A stretch of DNA of 64,000 bases from Chiloscyllium plagiosum (lineage: Eukaryota). Below, one piece after another: positions 50,741 through 63,621 of the stretch. Both the position numbers and the translations under genes were made by a program. Below the pieces are notes generated by a model. The model was not told the DNA's origin. It saw nothing but the letters and a program-made list of their open reading frames with translations, and did no database searches. The stretch spans positions 23,439,217-23,503,216 of the forward strand of contig NC_057719.1 of the NCBI RefSeq assembly GCF_004010195.1, in the 5' to 3' direction. Each line of letters opens with the position of its first letter. Positions within the stretch are counted from its first letter, which is position 1.

Positions 50741-53700
50741 CTGTATTGAAGTTTCTAACGTTGTACAAAATATTTCATAAGGTATTCATAAGATTTCTTT
50801 GGAATTGTGGATAACTTCCCTTTATCCTTAAAGTTAAGCAGAACCTTTTCATTTTGGAATAGTTTCAAGACTCATTTGTGATGCCTATGGTATTTTCAAT
50901 TAATCATACAATTAATGTGATGCATAGACTTGTCATGGACAATGGAACAAATGGAACAAATAGATGATAATGGACCACATGCCATTTTACATTCCATTCA
51001 AATTTATTTTCTATTCAAGTTGGGCAAGATGCGAAATAGACTGCCAATTTGCTGCTCCACAATTTTTTTCTCTCCTGTTTGAATAGAATTTATACCACTT
51101 AATTGTATTCATTCCTTTCTCTTTGTTTGGATTACACCAAAGAAGCAATTCTCTGAGAATATTTGTGTCATTGTCAACATGGATCTACCATGCAATGATA
51201 AAGCTAGTTTTCACGGATGCACAGTTATCGACCCAATTGCCCTTAAAGCTATTGCTGGCAGTACTACCTAAAAGTAAGTTAAGAGATTTTTATTTATCTG
51301 AATCAGGAAACAGGCAGCAAACAAATATTTTTCGTAGCTCCATATTTCAACCACGGACCATGTAAACTCACAATCACCCTCATCTCAAAGATTTCCTCTC
51401 CCCATTACTCCTTCAATTTGAATTTACTTGCTCTTTAGCAAGCATAGATATATGTGCATATGTGCTTCACCAATCAATAAATGTGATAGACAACTGAAAC
51501 ATTTGATTTTATAGAATGACCTATCACAACTCTCAGTCTTTTTTTCTCAGCATGTTTCATCAATTAAAATCTGTTGGTCCATTTTTAATAGTATTGACCT
51601 AACATTCTTCTGGTCTTCAAACTTTTACCCAAAGGTAGCATATCTAATAATAAAGTACTATCTCAGTCCTACAAGGAAGTATCAGCCTAGTTTATGCTCC
51701 TTTTAAGTATGGAGTCAGTCTATGGGGGAAGTGCTTGCCAACTGAGTCAAGCCAGCACACCGAGAATCATACAGCTTAAAAAAATTGGGTAAAGCTTAAT
51801 AACATTTTCATATGTTGATTTATTAAGGTTATAATTAATCATTTGATTCATACATTTCAGCAGACTTAAATTATATGTAATTATTCTATCATATTTATGC
51901 ATAGATAATTAATTTATGCCTGTACCTGTTCTCATATTCATTGAGGAAATACAATCAGAATAATTTTATTATGGCTTTAGATCCATCTAAACCTCCACGG
52001 CTTTTGTGCCTTCTGCTGAGTGTGTTTTGGCAGATACAGTGTGGTGTGCTCATGCCTGGGCCATTAACAGAGATTGTCCACACTCATGTCAGTGATCATT
52101 AACAATCTTTATTAAAATATAAACAGGAGGTGGTAAAAGAGGACATCTTTGGAATCCTACATACTTCAATCCCAGTTCCATGTGACATCACTATAACATA
52201 GTTTTTCTATACACCTCTCTGTCTGAGTTTATTTTTCCCACAAACTCTTAAAATCATGAACTACTGATTGTCTCCATTAATCCATACATTTCTCCATCAT
52301 GCCCTGAACCCTCTTTGTATGACCCAGCCAGTTCCTTTGCCTGATGTGTCAACCTCTCACAATGTTGGCAGATCTCATGGAGGTTACGTAGGCTGTATAT
52401 GCTTCCATATCATATTTTTGGAAGGTGAGTAAATTGGGGGGGTGCTTGGGCTGCAACACTTTGAGATAACCTGAATCTAATGATAGTGAAGATTAACAAA
52501 GGAAAAACTGACACATGTGGACACAAACCATCGCAACCCTGGAAAAGGAAGACAATGAACTGAAATTCATACTCTGCTCTTCTTCTGAATTGCATAGCTG
52601 GAGAAAGCATAAAGCACTTGTTGGGAAAAAAAAGAAAGCACTTTTGTCACATATGAAAAAAATAATAAATGCATTCTCCATGGTAACTGTGATGATGAAA
52701 AACCCATTCACTACATTTCTAATAATGCATGTGGTAAAAAGAAATAAAACAAAGAGCAAGACAGTTATGGAGAAGTGAATAAGGATTATCTTGCTAGTCC
52801 TAGAGCAAGTATTTCTCTTTCTATAGGTAGTGCTATCATTCCTACACTTGTTTCTGCTTGATATTTCTCCTCTGCTGAGATCTGCTGATCTCAGGAACTC
52901 CATCAGAGTGCAGGAGTGTATCATCACCAAAGTGAAGATTTGTTGAAGTGTGATCCTTTTGGACATCTGCATCAGGATTCAAATCTAAGGAAAACTGCTG
53001 CACGGTACTTGCCTGAAAGTTCAGCATTAGCATTATATAGCTTCTGTATATGAATATGAATGTTAATAAGATGTTGTTACATCTTCAGATAGTTGCTGTC
53101 CAGCCAACACCTTGTTTTGATGGTCTTGTAATCTTGGTGCAGCATAGTATTTGTGCACTCCAGTACTGTAATATGTTCACCTTCTGTTATTTGTAATGTG
53201 TGAATTCCTCTTTGTGGCTTGTTAGTCCTGTGTGACGACTAACAGCTGGACTTTTAGCTTAGGAAGTTTTTAGATAATCAGATTTCTCCAACACTTGCTT
53301 ATGAATGCTAGGCTTTAAGTTTTCTAAGATACTCTACAGCTCCTGAATCTCTGAGCCTCTACTGCCTTACTAGAAGAAAATTTGATGAATTCCCTGACTT
53401 GCTAATGTGAATCTGTTGCTGACTTTGGCTGCCAATTGTGCAAATCAGTAATCTCTGAATGTTCAATATTGGCTTGGTAAATTTGGGTTCATGCGTATCC
53501 TTTTCCAATTCATTTGGATGTTCTTCACACCTAGTTGTATGGATGTGTCACATATAGTTAAGTTCTGTGAAGAGAGATGGGATATTATCCACACTCTCTG
53601 AAGCTTCAATGTTCATGAATCTGTGCTAAAGCTCTAAGACCTCCTTCTTGTATGATTGATGATCTCTTTCTAGCTCCATCTCAGACTCCCCAAATATTGA

Positions 53701-54044
53701 GGCCATTTTGCTGACTGTAGAAACTGTGGAGTTTGATGGTGATTATAACTGAGATACTATAAAGTCCTCTTCAGCTGCTGTCCTTTTAACTGTTAAAGCA
53801 TCTACAATTTCTGCCTGCACATTACACTTAGCCTCCAGCATTGGCAGTTCCTTTATCTTCAGTTTGAACTTTCTGTGACATTGCGAATGTTTCATGCATC
53901 TGTAAGAGATGGTGAGATTTGGCCGACAGCAGCTAAGATTTCTGGATGTCAGTTTCTTTCTCTTTCCTTATTGTGTCCTGACGTTCATCACAGTAAGAAA
54001 TGTCTATATCCATTTGCAACCACTGCTGCTGTTACTTTTCATAG

Positions 54045-54375
54045 CATCATAGAATCCCTACAGTGTGGAAGTGGGCCATTCAGCCATCAAGTCCACATTA
54101 GTCTTCCAAAGAGCATCCCACATAGACCTGCCCACCTACCCCATTACTGTAACCCTGCATTTCCCAGGCTACCCCACCTAGCTTGCACATCCCTAGACAC
54201 TGTGGGCAATTTAGCATAGTCAATCCACCTCACCTGCACATCTTTGGACTGTGGGAGGAGACCAGAGCACCCAGAAGAAACCTATCCAGACATGGGGAGA
54301 ATGTACAAACTCCATGCAGACAGTCACCTGAGGCTGGAATCGAGGCTGCGAGGCAGCAGTGCTAACCACTGTGCC
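54045..54375 (-). mobile_element. HE1-family SINE
   Basis: Reverse complement of HE1; interrupts the coding-like 52130-54813 segment. Confidence 0.88.
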
Positions 54376-56788
54376 TGTACTATCATTTGATGGTTCAGTG
54401 GAATTAGCAGCCATATTCACCTTTTTGTTATCTTCATCAGCACAAGGGTAATTCTTCTCAAAGGAGGCAATAGATTCATCATGATCATTGTTGGTTGAAT
54501 CAAAGAGATTGGAAGATCCAGGATATCTGCTTCCATTACATCAGCAACATCAGTCACAGCTTAATTCTCTGCCATATTTTTCCGAAAAAAAAAACAAAGT
54601 TCTTGAATGCCCTCACGCTAGTCACCTTCATCCTTGATGGCTTTTTTTTTTTGCCTTTGCTCATAGTGTCTTCTTTAATAGGAATGAAAAATCTGCACTA
54701 TCTTCCTGTGGTGCTAGTTCTGAAAGTTCTGCAGTGGAGACAGTTTCGCGGCGTGCAAGAGTGAATTTCATGGAACTGCCAAATCACGAAGATACAAAGT
54801 CACACAAACATCACTGTTTAATAAGGAAGAGTGACAATTAGCAATAACAAAGCAAGTATTAGGGATCTCTCTCCCATTATGACTAAACATAAACTGTATC
54901 TGCCCTCTCACTCTTATCTGGATCACTTGGAATTGAATGGAGAATGGCTGGAGAAATCTTGATTTAACTACCATGCTGGATCTGAAAGAAAGGATACTCC
55001 TTTTCTTTTACTTTAATTAAAAATTAGTTTCCTTGTCATTAACTATTATATCTACATACCAGAAATTTTCTTAGGCCTCGGCATAATTAGGAGAGCCAAA
55101 ATCTTATAGTATGTCTATTATGTAGCCCAAAAATAATTCAACCTGCTCCTTACTTTCCCCACCCTTTAATTCCTTTTGATTTAACCTTTAATTTGTGGCG
55201 TCCCCCATGACAATCCAATCAATGGCAGAACGTAGCACTACCTATTTTGTAAAACTCTTCATGATCTTGAAGAACTTAACTTAGACAACTTATCAGCTCA
55301 GTCCTTAACCTTAATTACACTTGTCTCTGTTGATGAATGCACTGTCCTTATACCTTTAAAGATCTGAAGAGATTCCTGTAACTGCACTCATGCACATGCA
55401 CATTCAACAGTCGTCATTTAATTTCTCTCTCTTAGCTTGGCACATGCTCATTTAATTCTGAAGTTGATCATAACTCAGATAGCAATCATCTTTTACATGC
55501 AGATTCTGTATTAGTGATGAATTGTAACTGATTAGGAGCAGTCTGTTTCACCTTCAATATTCACATTTGCCCATATGAATACTTCCTTGTGATGCTTATT
55601 GAGAGTTGGTTTGTTCAGGAACATGCTGCTATAAGGAATTACACAAATGTAAGCTTTTATTTAAGATTTCTATATAACAATGGGTTGAGTATATCTAATG
55701 TTGAAGCATGGTCATGTAATGAAAACGTTAGGTGGACTGTTATCAATAATGCAGGGTGAAATTCTATCAATGTTTAGATTAGTCCAACACAGAATTAAAA
55801 TTACAAAGGTACACTTGATGGTTCAAAGGTTTGGAGAAATATATAGCATTGTAAGCTGCACTGTTGTCTTCACAGCATTTTTCAAGTCACTCATCTTTTT
55901 CAGCAGAATGTTCAGCTCTCCCGCTTCCATGTGTACTGAGGAGTCTTTTTATTTTTGTAGTTGTCAACACTGCACTAGCAACAAAAACTAATACTGTTCC
56001 TTTCTGAATGCCATTCTTCAAGATCTTCAGACCTTAGACATTGAAACATGACATTGTCAATTTCCCAATCTCTATACCACATGGAAGCTCAATGGAAGAT
56101 CCCAGGCCTATTATCCTCTACAAAAATGTAAGAGACCTCTCCCAAAAATCTTCCAGAGCCACTAATTAACCTTGAATAGCACACCAACAGGACTTTCCAG
56201 GCAATTATGAAATATAATTGTTGCAAATTTGCCTGTTACAAAGTGTTTCAATGTCAGATAGCAAGCGCTGTACAGCAAAGTGGTATATATTACATACTGC
56301 ATTTGTTCAGAATACAAGGGTGGTAAAGTGGATTTAAAAACTGCATATGAACAGAGTAAAGAATGAAAATTTATTCCTGACGTGTCCACATGTATTAGCA
56401 GCAATATTGTTGACTAAACATGCTTAAACTTGGGTTAATTGTTGTTTTGACATCGGGAGAGAAAGACTTCACACAGAGTGAATCTGGCATTTAAACCCTT
56501 ACAATAAATTTATATTCAGCACTCAATCAAGAGACAGATAGCAAAATAATGAAATATATCACTCAAACTTGCACAATGTTTTGATGGCTGGATTATTTTG
56601 TGAGAGTAGATTTTTGAACTGATTTGATTTATTACAGTCACGCGCACCGAGATACAGTGAAAAGTGTTGTCTTACGTGCTTTACAGACAGATGGTGCAGT
56701 ACAAGTGCATCAGGCAAGCAGAACAGAGTGCAGGATGCAGTGTTATAGTTACTGAGAAGGTGCAGAGCGAGATCAATATTAACTTTAA

Positions 56789-57080
56789 GGGTGGCACGGT
56801 AGCTCAGTGGTTAGCACTTCACAGCGCCAGTGACCCAGGTTCAATTCCAGCCTCAGGCGACTGTCTGTGTGGAGTTTATGCATTCTCCCTGTCCACAGTC
56901 CAAAGATGTGCAGGTTAGGTGAATTGGCCAAGCTAAATTACCCATAGTGTTCATGGATGTGTAGGTTAGATTAATCAGGGGTAAATGTAGAGGAATGGGT
57001 CTGGGTGGGTTACTTTTCAGAGTGTCAGTATGGACTTGTTAGGCTGAAGGGCCTATTTCCACACTGTAGGGATTCTATGA
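56789..57080 (+). mobile_element. HE1 SINE (internally deleted)
   Basis: A/B boxes, V-domain, tail CACACTGTAGGGATTCTATGA. Confidence 0.9.
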
Positions 57081-57883
57081 TTAAAGAAGTCCATTCAAAA
57101 CTTCTGATAACAGCGAGGAATAATCTGTTCATGGATAAATTGATTTGTGGATGCTTGGAAAAATATCATGAGTGCCCAGCAAGATGATGGGTTTGTTTTC
57201 ACTAAGTGGAATGTAAAGTATAAACCAGAATAATTATAGCTGACAGGGCCAAAACACAGGCAAGTGACTGAAGGTGACAAAATTCAGCAGCTTTATTGAA
57301 TGACTACCTGAAGAAGATGAGGGGTGGGGTGGTGATGGGGAGTTTAGAATCTCTGCTCCGACAGGAGGTGAGCTGGGAGCTGGGAAGGATATTTAATTAG
57401 AGTAGGGTTCTAATTAAAATGGCAGCTGCAGGCAGTCTTGGAGTCAGGGAGCACGCATGTCAGTCAAAACAGTGCAGACAAAACTGTGTCATCTCTGAAC
57501 CCAGGATAGAACCCCTCGACCAAAAGCACTTTGCATCTAACTGAGTTATTAACTTCAGAAAGGGGTGCTGCTGAAAGCCAGCAAGCACCACGCCGCCTCA
57601 CCCCACACACCTCCATACAAACACCACCGTTGCTGGCAATGCCCCCCAACATCCTCTGTGAACACCTCTGGCTTGGTCACTTCATAATCCTGGGTTGTTT
57701 ATTTCTGCTCAGCGCGACATACTTTGCACATGTTCAGCACAGAAACATTATATTGCTCAATGTATTACAGTTCAAATACATTTATTTCCAGCTTTCCATG
57801 AATATTTCCACTGTTTTAAAACTGGCTGGTTACTAGCCTACGGAAAATCAACAGATCGAATCCACGGGTAGTGAGCTATGAAA

Positions 57884-58796
57884 TGTGAGCATTTTAGAAC
57901 CATTTCTTTTTATTTTATGTTTTTGAAAACTGTGGACTGAAATGAGAAAGAATTGTTTAAAGAAACAATTTGAAAGCCTGCAGTTTTGAAAGCAAGTAAC
58001 GTGCTACCAACTGCAAGCATTGTGCAAACAGTTGTTTGAATGAGCAGGAACTGAAAGTTGAATTGCAGACTATTTGAAACCAAGGGGCTGTACTAAGGCA
58101 GCTTTTGCTGGCAACAAGAAATTGATAGGAATAGTGACGAGTTAATAATGACAGAGAGGTTTTTTTTGTCTGCCAATAACTGTGTAATTGGTTCTCAGGT
58201 AACTGAATAGCTGGCAGCTGGAAATAGATTACAGCCAGAAAGAAGTGTTCAGTCCTTCCCCAATTCGGGAGCAGTCTCCCTGTTCTCTGCAGTCAAAACA
58301 CACTGTAAACCCAAAGAGAACCAGTTTATCTTTCCTGCAGCAGATGTATATACTATGGCTTTTAACTGAGAAATCAGAAACTTTTCATGAGGGAATCAGC
58401 TGCCTTGTGTCTCTCACCAACTACGAAGCAACTGGAGAAAGGTGATTGAGGCAATGTGCTGGCCAGCAGAACAGTCATTAGGATTGTCTCAACAATATAA
58501 CCTGGGAACAAAGATGACTGAACTGTATTTCCATTTTTCTCCCCTCCGCCCATAGCCTGTTTGACCTGTTTGTCTATCTGTGAATGTATAAGGGGAACTT
58601 TATACGAATTTATATAGAGTTTAATAACTAGTCATTCTTGTTCAGTACAGAAATATACTACCTATACTTCCTATCAATCTAGGTCTGAAAGTCAGATAAA
58701 TTGGGAAACTTTTCATACCTTATAAAATCATTAACATTTGGATGGCTCTAGAAACAGCAGGGCTCAATTTCCAATGTACTACACTAGTGAGTCACA
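57884..58796 (+). mobile_element. Possible solo LTR
   Basis: TGTGA..TCACA termini and LTR-like composition; no clean TSD. Confidence 0.35.
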
Positions 58797-58880
58797 ATGG
58801 AATAGTACTTTCTAATTTGTTATTGAAATGACATGAACTTACACCATTCTGGATGTAAATTAATAATCCCTCGGTAACCC

Positions 58881-59465
58881 TGTAATACTTTTAACAAGGC
58901 TATGGCTTCCTTCACTTTTATTTTCAGAGAGAACTTCTGAAAAGTCTGGGCTTGGATGGGTTTTAGGGCAAGTTTGATTATAGCTAACAGATACTGTCTC
59001 AGGCAACTGGCTTTTAAGTTTAAAAAACCTTGTACAATGAAAGGGGAGTGGCCAGTTCTCCCAGCTCATCTTTGCTCTGGTTTGGTTTGGCTGTACACTG
59101 AAAGTAGTCAAGTGGTTGTAAAAACTGCTGGTCCCTCCTCTCTCTCTGACATCTCTCCTGTAAGACCCTGTGTTTAATTTTATCTTTTGTGCCAAGGGGA
59201 GTTTATGGGGATTGTTGCAGGTATTGGAACTGCATCATTAAGTTGGGATGAGTTTTTGGATAGTTATTCACTATTCTGGTCTCTTTTGTTTGTGTTTCAT
59301 TTGGTAATCTTGTAAATAAATTCTGTTTTGTTTAAAACTACGTGGTTTGACCAATTGCATCCCTCCTGGAATATCCATGTTACACCCACTTAAAACAATG
59401 TGCAAAGTTAGGGTCTGGGTTACTTTCTTGAAATGTTTTAAGGGGCTCTGGCCTGATCGATAACA
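58881..59465 (+). mobile_element. Probable solo LTR
   Basis: TGTAAT..ATAACA termini (same ATAACA end as LTR 2253-2958), AATAAA at about 59315; no matching TSD. Confidence 0.5.
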
Positions 59466-61853
59466 GCACTGATATAAATTGTATTGAATACAACTTCCAG
59501 ATGCAATGTTATCCTCTTGCCTCCATTGCCTCTATCTGATCTGGCGTGGTCTATGGATGTCAGAGTACTTCATCTTTTACATTATCATCATTAGCACATT
59601 CATTTCCCACTCTACTACAGCCCTCTTGACTGGCGCTCTCTTCCTCTGGTGACACAAAGCAGATGGGTGGGGACACACTCTATTGATTCACTCTGATTCT
59701 GAGACTTTCTCTAAAGTGGTTAAACTGAGGCATGCTGCTGCAATCTCAGGTATGGCCACTCTGTCCTTTATGATGCTGGGACTGAGTGTGGTATACCCTC
59801 TGTTTGGCTGACCCTTTAATGCACAGAGACAGTCATTTGCTGACTGCCATTGAATTCCATCTCAGCCTCCAAAATTGGCCTCCACAGTCATGAAATTCAG
59901 CCCACTATGTCTAAGTTGGAAGTCATCTGCACTTTAACTCCCCAAACCAAAACACTAAAATATTCATGATTCTGAAATGACTAATTGTAATAGAAAGAAT
60001 CAAATGGCATTACATCACCTCTACTCTCACCTCCCACAACTTATGTCTGGAAAATGTCCTGATTTGGATGGGGGAAGATAAAGTTGTTGAAACCTATGCG
60101 GTAGGAATGCATCAAACTGTTTTTTAATTCGTTCATGGGATGTGGGCATTATTGGCTGGTCTAGCATTTATTGCCACTGAGATGATGCTGGTGAGCTGCT
60201 GTCTTTAATCACTGCAATCTAATTGCTGTTGGATAGACTAAGAGAGTTCGAGATTTTGCCATTAGAGAGAAAGCTCTAAGATTTTGACGCAGTGACACAG
60301 AAGGAACAGTGCTATATTTCTAAGTCAACATGATGAGTTACTCAGACAGGTACTTACAGGTAGTGGTATCCCCACGCATCTGCAGCCCTTGTCCTTCTAG
60401 ATGGAAGTGGTCATGACTTTGGAAGCCAAGCTGGTCCAGTAAAGGGTGAAACTGGTCTCAAACTAAAGCCAAATATCTAAAGGACTCTAAAGACTTATGA
60501 ACTGCATATTCCTTATTCCTTCCCTTTTGTGCTAGACATACTCCCCTTTAAAATATGATATCTGTTTGTGATTGATGTTTGATGTGGCATTTTATTACTT
60601 ATCTCAGAGTTAGTAAGTAATTAAATTCCTTTTTCCTTAATGCAGGAAAAGTTAATTTTAGACTAGAACTACATTTTTATTAAAGTGTGAGATAGCTGTA
60701 TGCTAAAGAGAATTGAAACTCTTATGGAAAATTAACAGAGATAAAGAGAGGGAAGCTGAATCACCCCTTCTTATCTATCTATAGCAAAACTTGAATGATT
60801 TTTTCTGTTTTCTTTCTCAAACGTTTCTTTATCAAATGTAAGATCCTCACTTACTGATTATAGCAGAATGTTTTCTTCAGATAATAATTCACAGCAATTT
60901 TATTTCAGTAAAAGAGAGTATTTTTCCACCTTCAGGACATTGTTTCCCTTCTCAATTGAATAAGAGCAATGTCTACCTCCACACAAGACTTGTGGAAATT
61001 TTCTGTAAGCTTTTCCTCCTCAGTCTCCAAGATGTTACACCTTTAGTTCAGCAATCTCTTTGACTGGATTTCTCCAACTCTTGTTTCATTTGAACATATT
61101 CAAGCTTCCTTTAGTGCTTACATTTAAGCTGTGCTAAAGTACTCCCCAGGTCTAGATGCTCCATAGTTTGGGCCTCTGGTTATTTACTGAAAAAATGCTT
61201 GAGTGCTTCTGTGAATTGCTAATGAGACTCAGTTGCAGACTTCGGAAATGAATAATGCAGATGGCATTGGAGAATGACCTTGTATACATTTGGATCTGAA
61301 CAAGGTGATCAAGTTTGTGCTCCATGGAGTCATCACTGCTCACCCAGGGTGGTACCTCAGCAATCCTTGGTATCTATTGGAAGATAAATTGTGATACCAT
61401 GCTATCCCCTCTGAATACTGAAATCTGCAGCGATCATGACAGCATTCAGATATTGGTCGATTGCTGATTTGGCACAGTGAAAGTTGTAACATCAGTCATC
61501 ATGCTTGGTACTACAAATATACTGACAGAATTTGTCACTATGTCCAAGTTGGAAAGGCAGGGCCCCAGATTCCACATCAACCCTAGATCAGGTATGAGAA
61601 TATCACCATTTCTAACAGCTTGTGTCCAACCTCTGGCTAGGACTTGAACATTGGTCATTGCAGTAATGGCCAATACCATCACTTTCAGAGTGTTCTAATA
61701 TACCTGATCCTACCAGTTAATTCTACTCTTTCTGAATAGATACCACCTTATCCTGCAAGAGCAAGGCAAATATGAGAATAAGTGTCATGTCTTCTGTTTG
61801 CCTAGTGTGGCTGTCATGATTTAAATCGGTATTACCGGTGCTAGTTGTGGCAT

Positions 61854-61900
61854 TGTGTGTGTGTATGTGTGTGTGTATGTGCGTGTGTGTGTGTGCGTGC
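61854..61900. repeat. (TG)n imperfect microsatellite
   Basis: Seen directly. Confidence 0.9.
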
Positions 61901-61934
61901 GCACGGCTTGCTGCAATGTAGTGTAGGCTGAACT

Positions 61935-62890
61935 GAAGACCATAAGTCATACAAGCAGAAATTAGGCCATTCAACCTATCGAGTCTGGTCCACCATTCTA
62001 TCAGGGCTGATAAGTTTATCAACCCCATTCTATTACTTTCTCCCTATAACCTTTGATCGCCTTGGCAATCAAGAACCTCTCTATCTCAGTGTCTTAAATA
62101 TATTCAATGACCTGGCCTCCACAGCCCTCTGTAGCAGTGAATTCCATAGATTCACCACTCTCTGGCTGAAAAGTTTCTTCCTATCTGCATTCTAAAAGGT
62201 CTCCCCTTTACTCTAAGGCTGTGCCCTCATACCAATGGAAACATCTTCACAACATCCATTCTGTCCAGGCTTTTTAATATTCTGTATGCTTCAAATAGGT
62301 GCCCACATCCTTCTAAACTCCATTGCATATCGAGCCAGAGTCCTAAAATGCTCCTCATAATGTTAAGCTTTTCATTCCTGGAACCATTCTCGTGAACTCC
62401 TCTGAACATGCTCCAGGGCCAGTACATCCTTCCTGAGATATGAGACCCATAACAGCGCACAATACTCCAAATGTGGTCTGACCAGAGCCTTATAGAGCTT
62501 CAGAAGTACATCCCTGCTTTTACATTCAAGTCTTCTCAAAATAAATGCTAACATTGTATATGCTTTTCTAACTACTGATTCAACCTGGAAGTTTACCTTG
62601 AGAGAATCGTAGACTAGAACTCCCAAGTCTCTTTGGACTTCAGACTTCTGAATCTTTTCATTATTTGGAAAATAGTTTATGCTTCAATTCATCTTATCAA
62701 AGTGCACGACCTCATATTTTTCCACAATTTACTCTATCTGCCATTTTTTTGTCCACTCTCCTAAACCCGTCCAAATCCTTCTGCAGCTTCCCCTCTTCCT
62801 CAACCCTACCTGTCCCACTACTTATCTTTGTATCATCTGCAAAAGCCAGAATGCCCTCAGTTCCTTCATCTAGATCATTAATGTAAAAAG
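61935..62890 (-). mobile_element. CR1 3' fragment
   Basis: LGVLVYDSLKV..QVESVVRKA..LKLYKALVRPHLEYC..W..YLRKDVLALE. Confidence 0.92.
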
Positions 62891-63621
62891 TGAAAAGTCC
62901 AAGCTATGGACCTTAGATATGTAATCTGATTGATAAAGATTTTTGGTAGGCAAGTAAATGGGATTTGGTGAATTGAGTTGTGGCTCAGTCTGAGGGTGCA
63001 ATCCATTTGAAGATGCATTCACTGACTTTGACCACTCATGTCCCATCTTTAAACTTATCTTGAAACTGCATCCAGCTTTTCTGGCTTGACCCCTGACATT
63101 GACCTCTGCAGCAATCTGACAACATTAGCTTTTGACTTGTATCTGGAGAATCTCCTGTCTGCATGAGAAAACAGCGCATTTCTCCCACCCTCATCATTCA
63201 AGACCTCCAGCCCAGTCAGCAAAACTCCAAGCTCATTCTTTTCCATAGTAAAAACAAATTACTGCGGATGCTGGAATCTGAAACCAAAAAAGAGAAAATG
63301 CTGGAAAATCTCAGTAAGTCAGATGCTGCCAGACTTGCTGAGATTTTCCAGCATTTTCTATTTTTGGTTTCATTCTTTTCCATGTTTTATCATTCCTCAG
63401 TTTTCCCAAGTCACAGACTATTGAGCACAATTCACTCCAATCGCTGCAGCCACAAGACTCTATCCCTCATTAAGGTGCAGCCTGATTTTAACACAACTGG
63501 TGAATAGTGTGGTTAGCTCTGATTATGTACAGCCATCATTCTAATTCACAGGAATCTCAAGGTTGGTGGATTATTCATATATCATGATTCCCATGCCTAT
63601 TTTAGGGGGTCACTCACTCGG

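Larger units (their letters stand above)
47757..61700 (-). pseudogene. Candidate decayed multi-segment host gene: coiled-coil, tail-anchored membrane protein (KASH5/LRMP-like, tentative)
   Basis: Coding-like but disrupted segments at about 61700-60790, 56032-55830, 55552-55360, 54981-54912, 54813-52130 and 48210-47757; splice-acceptor-like sites before 54981 and 54813. Family assignment rests on recalled motif resemblance only. Confidence 0.45.

Noticed and set aside
52493..52972. 159-aa hydrophobic 'membrane protein' ORF and the opposite 87-aa ORF 52515-52778
   Set aside because: The F/I/L richness is what the antisense of A-rich coding-like DNA produces; no recognisable domain.
52780..54800. 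BEL/Pao gag remnant
   Set aside because: No convincing zinc knuckles, protease or LTRs; composition and acceptor-like sites fit a decayed host exon better, though this is not excluded.
61723..62028. His/Thr-rich 101-aa ORF
   Set aside because: Produced by the (TG)n microsatellite plus a CR1 tail.
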